Assembly: GCA_963764165.1 (NCBI GenBank) | Contig: CAVXRD010000004.1 | Coordinates: 723,812 to 787,811 of the forward strand | DNA: 64,000 nucleotides | Direction: 5' to 3' | Source: an uncultured Verrucomicrobiae bacterium | GTDB taxonomy: Bacteria > Verrucomicrobiota > Verrucomicrobiia > Limisphaerales > Palsa-1400 | Part shown: piece by piece, positions 12,739 through 22,362 of the stretch | Numbering within the stretch: the first letter of the stretch is position 1 | Layout of the letters: each line of letters starts with the position of its first letter | Made by a program: the position numbers and the translations under genes | Notes under the pieces: generated by a model | Seen by the model: only the letters and a program-made list of their open reading frames with translations | Databases searched by the model: none | What the model was told of the DNA's origin: nothing

Positions 12739-14418
12739 CTACGCGACGGCACACCAACATTCCTTTTGAAAGTCTGTCGAAAGCGCTTCTGTCAAGAAGA
12801 TCTGATTCCCGTCTTTGTCCCTGCCAGACCAGCGAATGTAGTTCTTCGACAAATCAGTTTTCTCGCCGCCTGACAAAAGTGTTTCCACACACATCGAGGT
12901 TGCCAACCCGGCCACTATTCCCAGATCGTAGGTTGTACCTGTAAACGTGGGTTGGTCACAACCCGGGGCAAAAACTTCTCCTTTCGCTAACGGAGCCGAT
13001 GGCGGCTTGTGGTTATAGTATTGATCCAGCCAACAAAGGTAACAGGGCGTTTTCCCCGGCACCATTCTAATAATTTCGCCAGCCCATGCGCCATTCGTCA
13101 CCGAAGCAACCACTAATGGTATCCCCCTCTCGAACGAAATTTCATTCAGAAAGTGCCTCGCAGAATGAACACCCGAACAGTCAATCATAATGTCAGCGTC
13201 TTTTAGCAAATCGTAGAATTGCTGTTCCAGGGCTACGGAGCCAATCCCGCCCACTTGGAACGTAAGAGTGCTGGAATGTTCAGCGACGACAGGATTCAAC
13301 GAACAGAGGCGTTCCAGCAACGCCTTTTCCTTGTTCATGCCGAAATACTCAATACCGAGTTCGTGACGAACAGAATTATTGGGTTCAAAGTAATCAAAGT
13401 CCACTAACCCGAAGCGATTCACACCGGATGCTGCTAAATTCGCAGCAATCTTTGATCCTAAGCTGCCGCAACCAATCAGCACTGCTCGCTTTTGTTCAAG
13501 GCCGTCCAAGTCGGGAATTCGAACGTAGCGCTCCTGTTGTATGTATGGAAATGTCCGCACCAAGTGGGGGTGTCCCGTCGAATTTGTCCTGATAACCATC
13601 CAAGTGAGTCGAGTTCGATTTTGCGCTCCCACCTCTTCTTGGAAAACTAGCGCAATCCAGTAAAAATCCGCCTTCTTAGAACCCTGTACCTTCTGAAAGC
13701 ACTTTTTTACGACTTCTGGTAGGTTTTCCTGTGTGGGCGGTTCTTCGAGGTAAAACCATTCACCAGCAATGTCTTTACCGTGATTGCGGAGCAAGCCTGA
13801 GAATTGCGAGAAACATTTTATTGTTTCGGCTCCAAAATCGGCTTCGAATACTATTCCGCGCCCCTTCGTTTCCTTTTTTTGGTCTCCTTCATGTACAAAC
13901 TTCCCCCGAAATTTACCGCTCTTATGCTTGAGCTGCCCAAATCCCTCGTATGTCGAGATTGGCGGTGGGACCAACATGGCGGTTTCAGGAATATGAAAAA
14001 CGGAACGGGTCAGCGGTTCCGGGGGTTGATGTTCAACCGATACGCCTACATCTTTGAATTCTGCGATAAGTTGTTCGGCCTCGACGAGCGCGTCTTTGAC
14101 CGAGAGTGTCGCGCACCATCGACTTTCGTCAAAACCAAAAAGACAGAGCTGTCGAGAATCGATTCGATGATGTCGAATTAGCAATTTACTAGGGTGCGAA
14201 TCATAAACTTTTGGAGCGGAGGAAGGAAACGTCTCGGGAAAAACGACAATTAACTTCCTTCCCGGATCGCTCTTGGAATGCCCTACGAATTGGATCGCCC
14301 CTTCGTCGAAGGTTTCGCGAACAAGTGCGAAACCGGCGGCTTCAAGAATTTCCTGCTGTTGAGCAAACAACGGCGGGTCTTTCTCAAACCACCGCTTGTA
14401 ATCCCGATTCACACTCAT
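12739..14418 (-). CDS. E2-E1 (ThiF) fusion ubiquitin-transferase-like protein (Cap2-like architecture)
   Basis: N-terminal E2-like FPETFPSSAPKV...HH...LCL. C-terminal ThiF GCGSLGS, DFD...NSVRH, CYLC, PGCDQPTF and CWC. Confidence 0.9.
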   Translation of the reverse strand: MSVNRDYKRWFEKDPPLFAQQQEILEAAGFALVRETFDEGAIQFVGHSKSDPGRKLIVVFPETFPSSAPKVYDSHPSKLLIRHHRIDSRQLCLFGFDESRWCATLSVKDALVEAEQLIAEFKDVGVSVEHQPPEPLTRSVFHIPETAMLVPPPISTYEGFGQLKHKSGKFRGKFVHEGDQKKETKGRGIVFEADFGAETIKCFSQFSGLLRNHGKDIAGEWFYLEEPPTQENLPEVVKKCFQKVQGSKKADFYWIALVFQEEVGAQNRTRLTWMVIRTNSTGHPHLVRTFPYIQQERYVRIPDLDGLEQKRAVLIGCGSLGSKIAANLAASGVNRFGLVDFDYFEPNNSVRHELGIEYFGMNKEKALLERLCSLNPVVAEHSSTLTFQVGGIGSVALEQQFYDLLKDADIMIDCSGVHSARHFLNEISFERGIPLVVASVTNGAWAGEIIRMVPGKTPCYLCWLDQYYNHKPPSAPLAKGEVFAPGCDQPTFTGTTYDLGIVAGLATSMCVETLLSGGEKTDLSKNYIRWSGRDKDGNQIFLTEALSTDFQKECWCAVA

Positions 14419-14657
14419 TTTGCGTGTGTCCGATTCGGCTGGGGTGGACGGTCATGATGCCGTCGTGGATGTTCATCGTGATGAGCGTGCTCTTGCTTCT
14501 CGCATTCCAGGCAGTGCTTTTTTCCGCCGTCCCCCTCTACCCGGTGCTCGGGCTTGATTCGGCGCCCGTCGGGACAGGTGTCCGTATCGTGATAAACCTC
14601 GCGATGAGTTGGGGCATGTTCGTGCGAATTTGTATGAAATGGTTTTACTTTTGCCAT
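14415..14657 (-). CDS. Small (80 aa) His/Cys putative metal-binding protein
   Basis: FH..., VYHDTDTCPDG...CLEC followed by a His/Pro/Arg tail. ATGA overlap with the E2-E1 start. Confidence 0.75.
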   Translation of the reverse strand: MAKVKPFHTNSHEHAPTHREVYHDTDTCPDGRRIKPEHRVEGDGGKKHCLECEKQEHAHHDEHPRRHHDRPPQPNRTHAK

Positions 14658-14910
14658 AAACTTTTGATGTTTCAAATTATGTTTTTAGGGGGCGTTTCGC
14701 CCCAAAACCTAAATCCCTTTTGAAAGCATCACGGATGCCAATAGTGCAAATAGCCCCACTAATAGGTAGTATATTGCTCGCCAACAACAACATCTAGCGG
14801 TCAGGCAATACCCGCACGAACCGTTCAGGTGAGTCATTAAGGCTCTTAATGATTGTCGCATGTCTCACATTTGGGGACAATTTGACTCACTTATTACCAA
14901 TTCCCGCTGT

Positions 14911-15073
14911 CGCCTCGCCGGATTCGAAATGCCGATTCGGGTTTGTTCGCCGCGCCCTCTTACCAATACACCGTCCGGTCAAAGTCGTTCCAGCCCAGCC
15001 CGGTCGAAGGCGTTTCACCACGCACGAATACGCCCTGACTTCGGACGGTGCGTCCAGCGTGCGAGCGGCGACC
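14911..15073. repeat. ~160-bp imperfect direct repeat, copy 2
   Basis: Aligns colinearly with 11795..11954. Confidence 0.85.
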
Positions 15074-15327
15074 CTGAGGGCCAGAGCGCGATAACGTGGA
15101 GAAACCGCCGTGGCGCTCCATTTATTTGAATCGGCCAAGAGCAGGCAATGAACGATGGAAACGATAGCACGGAGCTATGTAAAAATCGCCCCACAATTCC
15201 GGCCGCAACAAGCCGACGCCCAACACGGAATTACAGCCCCAAACCCCAAGCTTTCGTTTATTCTTTGGTGCATGGCACTAATGAATAATATCTCAGAGAA
15301 CTCCAGTTACCTCATCAATCTCTTTGA

Positions 15328-15837
15328 TCACGATCCCCTGCTCCTCAGAAAATGCTCTGCGAGCGCTACTGCATCAAAAATGTCCATCCGGCAGTCTTCG
15401 TTCATCCCGCACTTGCGCTTTGGCGGTAGGTCATCGGCGAGATCAGCCGCAAAGCGGGAGGCCAGATTCTCGGCCAACGCATACTTCGACCCCGTCGCAT
15501 CTTTGATAAACGCAAGATTCAACTGTTTGCGTGAATATTGCTTCACATCGCGGTGTTCGCCTTCGGCCAATGCGACGATTTCTTTGGTGAGCGCCTGCAC
15601 CCGAGAGCGCCGCCTTGATCCGGGCGACCCGGTGTCTTCCAGGGCGATTGCGTTTGGCTCATACTGCGCTATAAGATTGGCTACATTCGACAGGGAGCGA
15701 TTATTTTTGTCCCCTTTCACCGTCTTGACACCCCAATCCACCAAGATGTTCTTCCCCTCCATCACGGCATAGCCGACGCCGCGCGACGACGCCACAATTC
15801 CCAAGACCCTTATATGTTTTTCTTGACGATGACTCAT
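15328..15837 (-). CDS. RuvC/RNase H-fold resolvase-like protein, possibly inactive
   Basis: VLGIVASSRGVGYAV...DWG, IALE and IFDAVALA. The usual first catalytic Asp position reads Val. Confidence 0.6.
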   Translation of the reverse strand: MSHRQEKHIRVLGIVASSRGVGYAVMEGKNILVDWGVKTVKGDKNNRSLSNVANLIAQYEPNAIALEDTGSPGSRRRSRVQALTKEIVALAEGEHRDVKQYSRKQLNLAFIKDATGSKYALAENLASRFAADLADDLPPKRKCGMNEDCRMDIFDAVALAEHFLRSRGS

Positions 15838-15848
15838 GTTTGTTTTGA

Positions 15849-16193
15849 TTATTTCTTAAAATCTACGCAAGCAATTGCTGCGAGGGTCCGGCGCCTGCGG
15901 ATGGAACCCTGGTTTCGTGTGCCATTGCCTTTTCTCCCCATCAGTGTTTTTGCCCGCGCTCGCACTTCTGCTTCAATCCTGTGATACGGGCCCGGGAAAA
16001 GCTCCGAAACCATGCACTGGAATATCGCTTCATAGGCGAGGGCGGTGTAAAGCCCCGGCTCCCGCGTGAACCGTTCGTACCTACTGACCTTGGAGGCGCT
16101 GACGACACCCAACAGGTAGGCCACGTCCTTTTGGGACAGCGCGGAGCGCTTGCGATATTTCCGCACATGATTGGAAAGATGTTGCGAAGCCAT
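15849..16193 (-). CDS. XRE-family HTH regulator
   Basis: RKYRKRSALSQKDVAYLLG....VSRYE....P. Confidence 0.85.
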   Translation of the reverse strand: MASQHLSNHVRKYRKRSALSQKDVAYLLGVVSASKVSRYERFTREPGLYTALAYEAIFQCMVSELFPGPYHRIEAEVRARAKTLMGRKGNGTRNQGSIRRRRTLAAIACVDFKK

Positions 16194-16620
16194 GAAGTGA
16201 TTATGAAAGAACTCAGCCTGCGAGTTCAGAACTCCAGACTAAACGAATAATGGCGGAGGCGGTAGGAGGGAAAATTTGCCGTGCGCGGCAACTTTCCACA
16301 AAAACAGCGAGCCTGTGAGGCCCGTCCTTGCACAATATATTAAAACACAAAATTCGCGGTCTGAAAAATGACGAGTTGAGGATATTTGGGAACCACAGGG
16401 AACGATGGGCTGTGCGCTTTGGAACTTTAGCTAAGTCTGCCGATGGCCACGCAAAACCAGACATTTCTTAAATTATGGCTCGGTTGACGTACCGATTGGG
16501 TACGTTAGCATGGCAGTCAGGGTATCTGTTGGAGCGTATAGCCAACCTGAATTAAAATTTGCCGCAAAGCGCAAGAAGTCCCTCCTTCCGCCGTTCCCAC
16601 GTTTCGTTACAATCGGTGGT

Positions 16621-16911
16621 ATGGATGATCAATTTTCACCCGAATCCCCGGACAGCTTGCTCACGAACGAGCAACCAACTGGCTCACGCGAAGTCCATAA
16701 TGGTCAGCCAGGTAATCGTGTCCAATTCACCAACGAAACCATAGAATCCTTGCGCGAGTATGGCGAGGTTTTACGGGCGATACATAATCGGCTCATTTCT
16801 GAAGGGTTCACCATTCGGGAAGGCAAAATATGGAAGGAACCAGCATCACCCATCATCAATGGAGATAATCGACACAGAACGCCAAACACTCAAAGACATC
16901 GTCGCGGGTAA
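16621..16911 (+). CDS. Small hypothetical protein upstream of the serine recombinase
   Basis: Plausible helical core FTNETIESLREYGEVLRAIHNRLISEGF; overlaps the recombinase start. Confidence 0.5.
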   Translation: MDDQFSPESPDSLLTNEQPTGSREVHNGQPGNRVQFTNETIESLREYGEVLRAIHNRLISEGFTIREGKIWKEPASPIINGDNRHRTPNTQRHRRG

Positions 16912-18622
16912 ATACCGGAACTGCTATCTCGTGTACGCCCGCAAGAGCACCGACGAACCAGACAATCAGAAGAATTCGATAAAGTATCAGCGAGGGGAAA
17001 ACACCAAGTTCGCGCAACGGGAAAGCCTGGCCATCGCGCCCGTCACGCTCAAAGGATTCTCCGTGGATGGAATCGTTTCCGAGCGGCATTCCGGCTTCAA
17101 GGAAGACAATGAAATCAGCATGACGGCGAGCGGCATGGTTCAATACCGCATCGAAAGGCCGAAGTTTCAGCGGCTCATTCAATTCCTCAGCAGGGGCTCG
17201 TTCAAGGGAATCATCGTCCTCTGCTGGGATCGTGTAAGCCGCAACCGAGGCGACGACACCGTGGTCCGAAAGCTGATGAAGAAGGGCGTCGATGTACGTT
17301 TTGTCTATGCCACCTACGAAAAAACGAGCGCGGGCGCGCTTCACATGGACATAGATGGCATGTTTGCGGAGCATCATTCCCGGGTCACGGCTGAAAAAGT
17401 GACCAAAACGATGGCAAGCTTGCGTGAGCGCGGCATCTGCACTTACAAAGCCCCCATCGGGTATCTCAATGAAGGCAGGATGGAACACAAGCCATTCGAT
17501 CCGGTGAGGTCCCCAATTATCAAGCGGATGTTCGAGATCCTTGCCGCCAAAGAGTGGAGTCTCTCTGATTTAACGGCTTGGGCGAACCAGCAGGGGTTGA
17601 CCACCGTGCCCTCAAGGCGCAGGAGAACCCCGGATGAAATGCTCGCGGAGGAAGAAGACGATATTGAAATCGAAGCGCTTTCACGACCGATGACCATAAC
17701 GAAGGTCCACAGAATCCTGACCAATCCATTCTATACAGGCAAGATTTTGGGAATTGACGGCACATACATACCGAGCACGAGCCATCAGCCGTTGGTAACG
17801 GAACAGCTTTTCAACAAAGCCCACCAGGCGCTCAATCGAAAAAGATCGAGCGTGCATTATGCCGAGACGCTGGACTTGCCGGCTCGCGGGCTGGTCCGTT
17901 GCGCCGATTGCCGGCGAGTATATACTCCGTACACAAAAAAGGGAATCTACTACTTTTATGCGCGGTGCCAACCCAACTGCCCAAACAAGCACAAGAACTT
18001 CAACTTGGATTTTTTGGAGCGGGAAATCACCAAGTCCTTGTCAGGCCTTTCATTCACCGATGATGAACTCGCCAACTTGGAGGCTCTCACCAAAACCGAT
18101 ATTTCCATCCTCGAGAACAAACGTCATGCGGAGCTTGAGGAAGGCGAACGCTGCAAGAAGAAGCTCCGAGAGGACCTGGCATATTTGAGGGCCAACAAGC
18201 TGTCTCTCCTTAAAACCGGCGTGTATTCGCCGGAAAGCTTCATGGAAGAGGAGAATTCGCTCAACGCGAGCCTCACTTCCCTTCACGCCGCCGAGGAAGC
18301 ATCCGACGCCTCAATGCACGAGGTTATCAAGGACCTGGTAAAACTTTCAGAACTCGTGAAATATGGCTCAGGCTATTACGAAATGGCGAATTCCAGAGAA
18401 AAAGAGCAATTGGCGCGAATAATCTTTTCAGAACTTTCCGTTTCCGGAAATACCCTTATTTACCAATGTAAAAACGGATTCAAGGCTCTTCAAAACCGAT
18501 TTAGCCCTGTTTGTGACCATACAGAGTGGCTTTCAGAAGCAGTGCGAAATAACAACCACATCCAGGACAGCATCGAATCGTTGATGGCAATGACCTGCAA
18601 GAGTCCACTTTGCGGGCCATGA
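16859..18622 (+). CDS. Large serine recombinase (second, internal)
   Basis: YARKST catalytic Ser, RPKFQRL, DRVSRN, PIGY, ILTNPFYTG, Zn ribbon CADC...C...C and a coiled coil. ATG 16859 preferred over 16760. Confidence 0.9.
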   Translation: MEIIDTERQTLKDIVAGKYRNCYLVYARKSTDEPDNQKNSIKYQRGENTKFAQRESLAIAPVTLKGFSVDGIVSERHSGFKEDNEISMTASGMVQYRIERPKFQRLIQFLSRGSFKGIIVLCWDRVSRNRGDDTVVRKLMKKGVDVRFVYATYEKTSAGALHMDIDGMFAEHHSRVTAEKVTKTMASLRERGICTYKAPIGYLNEGRMEHKPFDPVRSPIIKRMFEILAAKEWSLSDLTAWANQQGLTTVPSRRRRTPDEMLAEEEDDIEIEALSRPMTITKVHRILTNPFYTGKILGIDGTYIPSTSHQPLVTEQLFNKAHQALNRKRSSVHYAETLDLPARGLVRCADCRRVYTPYTKKGIYYFYARCQPNCPNKHKNFNLDFLEREITKSLSGLSFTDDELANLEALTKTDISILENKRHAELEEGERCKKKLREDLAYLRANKLSLLKTGVYSPESFMEEENSLNASLTSLHAAEEASDASMHEVIKDLVKLSELVKYGSGYYEMANSREKEQLARIIFSELSVSGNTLIYQCKNGFKALQNRFSPVCDHTEWLSEAVRNNNHIQDSIESLMAMTCKSPLCGP

Positions 18623-18695
18623 TGGGGAAGGTTTGCCGTTAAAGGCAACTCTTCCCTCCTTTTTCTCTTTTACCATTCCGTTATTATAACATCAT

Positions 18696-19043
18696 ATGAT
18701 ACCAAAAATACAAAAATATCCCAACACACTTCGAGAGCATCGCAAAAGGGCTGGATTGCGCCAGCATGAGGTTGCTCACCTTCTCGGGCTCGATGGAAGC
18801 ACAGAGCGAATTTCCAAGTGGGAGAATGGATCAGCGGTTCCACACTTGGCTAATGTGTTCAAGCTCTCGTTGATTTACAAGGTCTCGCCGCAGGACCTGT
18901 ATTCCGAGATGTTCAAAACGATTGCGACTGGCGGGAGCCTTTCTGATCTACGAGTTTCACCTCCTTCGCCGGAGGCAGGCATATCCTGCTATTGCGGACG
19001 GTGCTGCTCTCCTTCTCCGCAATCGGCACCCGCGTCGGATTGA
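18696..19043 (+). CDS. XRE-family HTH regulator; 3' end runs into the IS4 remnant
   Basis: LREHRKRAGLRQHEVAHLLG...ISKWENG..P. Confidence 0.8.
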   Translation: MIPKIQKYPNTLREHRKRAGLRQHEVAHLLGLDGSTERISKWENGSAVPHLANVFKLSLIYKVSPQDLYSEMFKTIATGGSLSDLRVSPPSPEAGISCYCGRCCSPSPQSAPASD

Positions 19044-19667
19044 TCTTCTTTTTCAGGGCATTGCAGCCTTTGAACTGTTTGCGGGTCCAAAACTTGATGG
19101 CCGCCAGTCCCAGGGGCAGTCCGTCCAGGGTGATGGCCAGAGTGCTGTGCATTAGAATGCCGCGCACCGTAATGAATTTAATGCGTCCGTCCTTGCCCTT
19201 GCCGCAGGCGGGCCGGCCAAGGAGCCCGATCTTGGAATCCTTGTCCCGCTGAAACGAGAACTCGCAGGTGTCATGGAGCATCAGAATCTTCTGGCCGGAC
19301 TGCGCGAGCCGCCCGCGGGTGGCCTGAAAATGCCCCGCCATGATCTGGTCCTCGCTCACCGATTCATTGGAGAAAAAGCGGTAAGCCGCCTTGGTATTGG
19401 CCCAATCCTGGCAGGCATACGGGACGCTTTCGCCGATTCCCTCCGACATCATCCCCAGAAGTTTGTTGAACCGCTTGGCCAACCGCACGTCCTTAAAGTC
19501 GCACCCTTCCACTTCGTTATCAATCCAGGTGCTGGCGGGAATTATCTCTGACTTCGTAACCGAATTCTTGGTTTGCATCCCAAGGTTCCACCACAAGTGG
19601 CTAAATTTGTACATTTATTTCGCAAACAATCTTCATTCTTCATCGAATACTTGTGGGTAATTGAAAG
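19000..19667 (-). mobile_element. Truncated IS4-family (IS50/Tn5-like) element with one end and the 5' part of the transposase
   Basis: DVRLAKRF, ACQDWANTKAAYRFF, HDT, GILMHSTLA and RVPIAEKES, after which similarity stops. IS4-like terminus CTTTCAATTACCCACAAGT ends at 19667. Confidence 0.8.
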
Positions 19668-19898
19668 GGCTCGTGTGACGCTTACAAATGAACGGATCGG
19701 ATGCAGCCTGTAAAGAAGACTTTTGCAGCGAGGGAAAAGCTGAATAAGAAAATTGAGGACGGAAGCGTCTTATCTATTGACTCAATGTCCTACTCGGTGA
19801 CTCCCCTTTGTGTGTTATTTGATTGTAAGCGTCACGCGACGCACCGTGTGACTGAACTAGAGTTTTGTAGAGACGCCAGAGGCAGCTATCTCTGACAT

Positions 19899-21440
19899 CT
19901 ACGCTGCTTTTGCAGAGGGGCGGCGAGATTTGGCCCAAGCTCCTGGGGTGACTTCTGGTATTCGGTGGTTGGTCATTCGAGGCAGGCGGGCGAGAACATC
20001 GCAGAGGTATGCGTATGGATCGATGTTTCGGCGGCGGCAGCTTTCGATGATGCTGTAAACAATCGCTCCGCGCTGGCCAGCGCCGGCTTCTCCGACAAAG
20101 AGCCAGTTTTTCTTTCCAACCGCCGTGGGACGAATGGAATTCTCGACTAAATTGTTGTCTATTTCAACGCTTCCTTTTTCAAGGTAGACGCTCAGGGTTG
20201 GCCATTGGCCCAAGGCATAATCCATGGCCTGGCCCAGCAGACTTTGCGGCAGATAGCGATGGCTGGCCTTGAGCCGGACCAGGGCGCGTTGAAGTCGCTG
20301 AACGACCGGCTTGCTTTGGCTGGCCCGGTGGGCGGCGCGCAAGTTCGGACCCGCTCGATGCTCTCTCAGCTTGGCTTCGACTCGATAAAGTTGCTGGATT
20401 TGACCCAGGAACCAAGCCGCCGTGCGAGGCGATTGCTCCAGGGCCTCGTAAAACTTGCGCCGAACATGGGCCCAGCAACCTGTCAACTGGACGGTTCCAT
20501 TGCGGCTGTCGGCAAAGGAGCGATAGGCCGAGTAGCCATCACACTGGATGACTCCCCGAAAATTAACCGGGATCAAATTGTTCAGGCACTGCGTTCCGCG
20601 ACTGGTTTCCCACCGAAAGACGACATCACCTCCCGGACGGCTGCAGGTCCAAAAATAACCTTGCCGGGTTTTCCCATGGCCTGGTTCCAGGAACTGGATT
20701 GGCGTTTCGTCCACTTGCACGTAGCCGCCAGCCATCACTCCGGTGAGGATTTGTTCATAAATGGGTCGCAGCCAATCCGCCGCCAGTTCCACCCAGCGGG
20801 CCAGCGTCTGCCGGGGCAGTGCAACGCCGTGGCGCTGCCGATACATCTGTTCCTGCCGGTAAAGCGGCATGTGGTCGCAATACTTGCTGACCAGCACATG
20901 GGCCAGCAATCCCGGCGCGGCCATGCCGCGCTCCAGCAAACACTCAGGCAGCGGCGCCACAATAGGCGGGCGATCCTGGTCCTGCCGGTGAACATACTTG
21001 CGGCGAATGGTGCGGCGGCGCAGAAAACGGCCCGGCTCGTAATCCAGTTGTTCGCTCACCTCCTGGCCAATGTAACGCCAGAGTTGCGGTTGAGCTTTGA
21101 CCACGTCTGGATCAATGACTTCTTCCACCACCGGCAGGTTTTCCGGCAAGCGGGGTTTGCTTTCAGTGGCGGCGGGCTTGGATGGTTTAACCGTCGGAGC
21201 GATGGTTGGCGGAACATCAACGACCGATTTGATTGGCTCCGGTCCTTGCAACAAGAACTGCAACTGGGCCGGATTTATCTGCTCGCTGCTGGAGCCAAAC
21301 ACCCGGCGGACCAAGGCATCCACCTTTTGCCGAAGGACGGTGTTTTCCCGCCGGAGGGCTTCCTCCCTCCGCAGCGATTCAGTCAAGGCCTGCTGGCATT
21401 TTTCCAGCAGTTGGGCCAGTTGAAGTTCCTGCTCCGTCAC
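19899..21440 (-). CDS. tnpC: IS66 transposase
   Basis: PLYRQ, VDETP, QCDGYSAY, CWAHVRRKF and IDNNLVENSIR. Confidence 0.95.
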   Translation of the reverse strand: MTEQELQLAQLLEKCQQALTESLRREEALRRENTVLRQKVDALVRRVFGSSSEQINPAQLQFLLQGPEPIKSVVDVPPTIAPTVKPSKPAATESKPRLPENLPVVEEVIDPDVVKAQPQLWRYIGQEVSEQLDYEPGRFLRRRTIRRKYVHRQDQDRPPIVAPLPECLLERGMAAPGLLAHVLVSKYCDHMPLYRQEQMYRQRHGVALPRQTLARWVELAADWLRPIYEQILTGVMAGGYVQVDETPIQFLEPGHGKTRQGYFWTCSRPGGDVVFRWETSRGTQCLNNLIPVNFRGVIQCDGYSAYRSFADSRNGTVQLTGCWAHVRRKFYEALEQSPRTAAWFLGQIQQLYRVEAKLREHRAGPNLRAAHRASQSKPVVQRLQRALVRLKASHRYLPQSLLGQAMDYALGQWPTLSVYLEKGSVEIDNNLVENSIRPTAVGKKNWLFVGEAGAGQRGAIVYSIIESCRRRNIDPYAYLCDVLARLPRMTNHRIPEVTPGAWAKSRRPSAKAA

Positions 21441-21507
21441 GACAGAGCAAGGGTTTAACGGAAAACGCCCCTACAGTCAAGTATAATTAAGAAAATCCCT
21501 CACTTTT

Positions 21508-21864
21508 TTATGGCTGCCGCTCATACCACGGCCGCAAGGTGCCGCCCCGCAAATCAACGCCATCAGTCAGCATCGCCAAAGCCTGCGGCGTCAGCGACAT
21601 TTTCTTTTGCCCGGCATCCACCGTCTGCGGCCAGAAGAAAGTGCCATTTTCGAGGCGCTTCGTCAGAAGCCAAAGTCCGGTGCCATCCCAGCAGAGCATT
21701 TTGAGCCGGGTTCGGCGGCGGTTGGTAAACACAAAGATCGCGCCTTGGCGGGGATCCTCGCCCAGCCGCTCGGTGACCAGACCATGGAGGCCATTAAAAC
21801 TCTTGCGCAGATCGCACGGCTCCATCGCCAGCAACACTTTGATGCTTCCGGAAAAACTCAGCAT
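21508..21864 (-). CDS. tnpB: IS66 accessory protein
   Basis: DLRKSFNGL, FVFTNRRR, WDGTG and KRLE. Confidence 0.95.
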   Translation of the reverse strand: MLSFSGSIKVLLAMEPCDLRKSFNGLHGLVTERLGEDPRQGAIFVFTNRRRTRLKMLCWDGTGLWLLTKRLENGTFFWPQTVDAGQKKMSLTPQALAMLTDGVDLRGGTLRPWYERQP

Positions 21865-22268
21865 CGCGATGGTGTGTTAAGAGCCAGCAACAGCGCCGCC
21901 GCCAGCTCGGCTTGCCGGGCATCGGCAATCTCGGCGCGAGCGTCTTTGCCGAAATAGACTTTCAGCACGGATGTCTCCTTGGAAGTCGCGACCCTGGCCT
22001 GATCGACCATCGCCTCCAACCACTGCACCTGGGCCTTTTCCTCGGGACCCTTGGCCAGCGGGGCTTCCGTGGAACGACTCCGCTTGCGCCTGGCCACCCA
22101 GGCGGCGAAGGTCGAATACTTAACCCCTGACAGCCCAGCAAATTTAGGACAACTCAACCCGCTGCGCTCAAACTCATCCAGCAACTGCTCTTTGCGCAGT
22201 CGGGGCGTCTGAAGGCGCGCCAATGAATCGGTTTTAAGAATCTGACCAGAGCTCTGTGTAGATGTCAT
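21858..22268 (-). CDS. tnpA: IS66 accessory HTH protein
   Basis: FERSGLS..KFA...GVKYSTF..W; first ORF inside the IS66 end. Confidence 0.9.
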   Translation of the reverse strand: MTSTQSSGQILKTDSLARLQTPRLRKEQLLDEFERSGLSCPKFAGLSGVKYSTFAAWVARRKRSRSTEAPLAKGPEEKAQVQWLEAMVDQARVATSKETSVLKVYFGKDARAEIADARQAELAAALLLALNTPSRC

Positions 22269-22362
22269 AGCAAAAGGCTATGACGAAAATGCTGTCTTGT
22301 TACAGAGGCGCTCGGCGTGACGCTTACATTTGATTAAACTACAACCCAAATGTAATTACAGT

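Larger units (their letters stand above)
19825..22327 (-). mobile_element. Complete IS66-family element
   Basis: Terminal inverted repeats GTAAGCGTCACGC / GCGTGACGCTTAC, 8-bp target duplication ATTTGATT at 19817..19824 and 22328..22335, and three ORFs. Confidence 0.97.

Noticed and set aside
12279..14418. Calling the E2-E1/JAB pair a CBASS system
   Set aside because: No CD-NTase or CBASS effector is recognisable next to it.
15328..15837. RuvC-like ORF as TnpB/Cas12/IscB
   Set aside because: Only 169 aa, no Zn finger or REC/WED region, first catalytic Asp missing, and no array nearby.
20205..21458. 417-aa plus-strand ORF
   Set aside because: Antisense shadow of IS66 tnpC.
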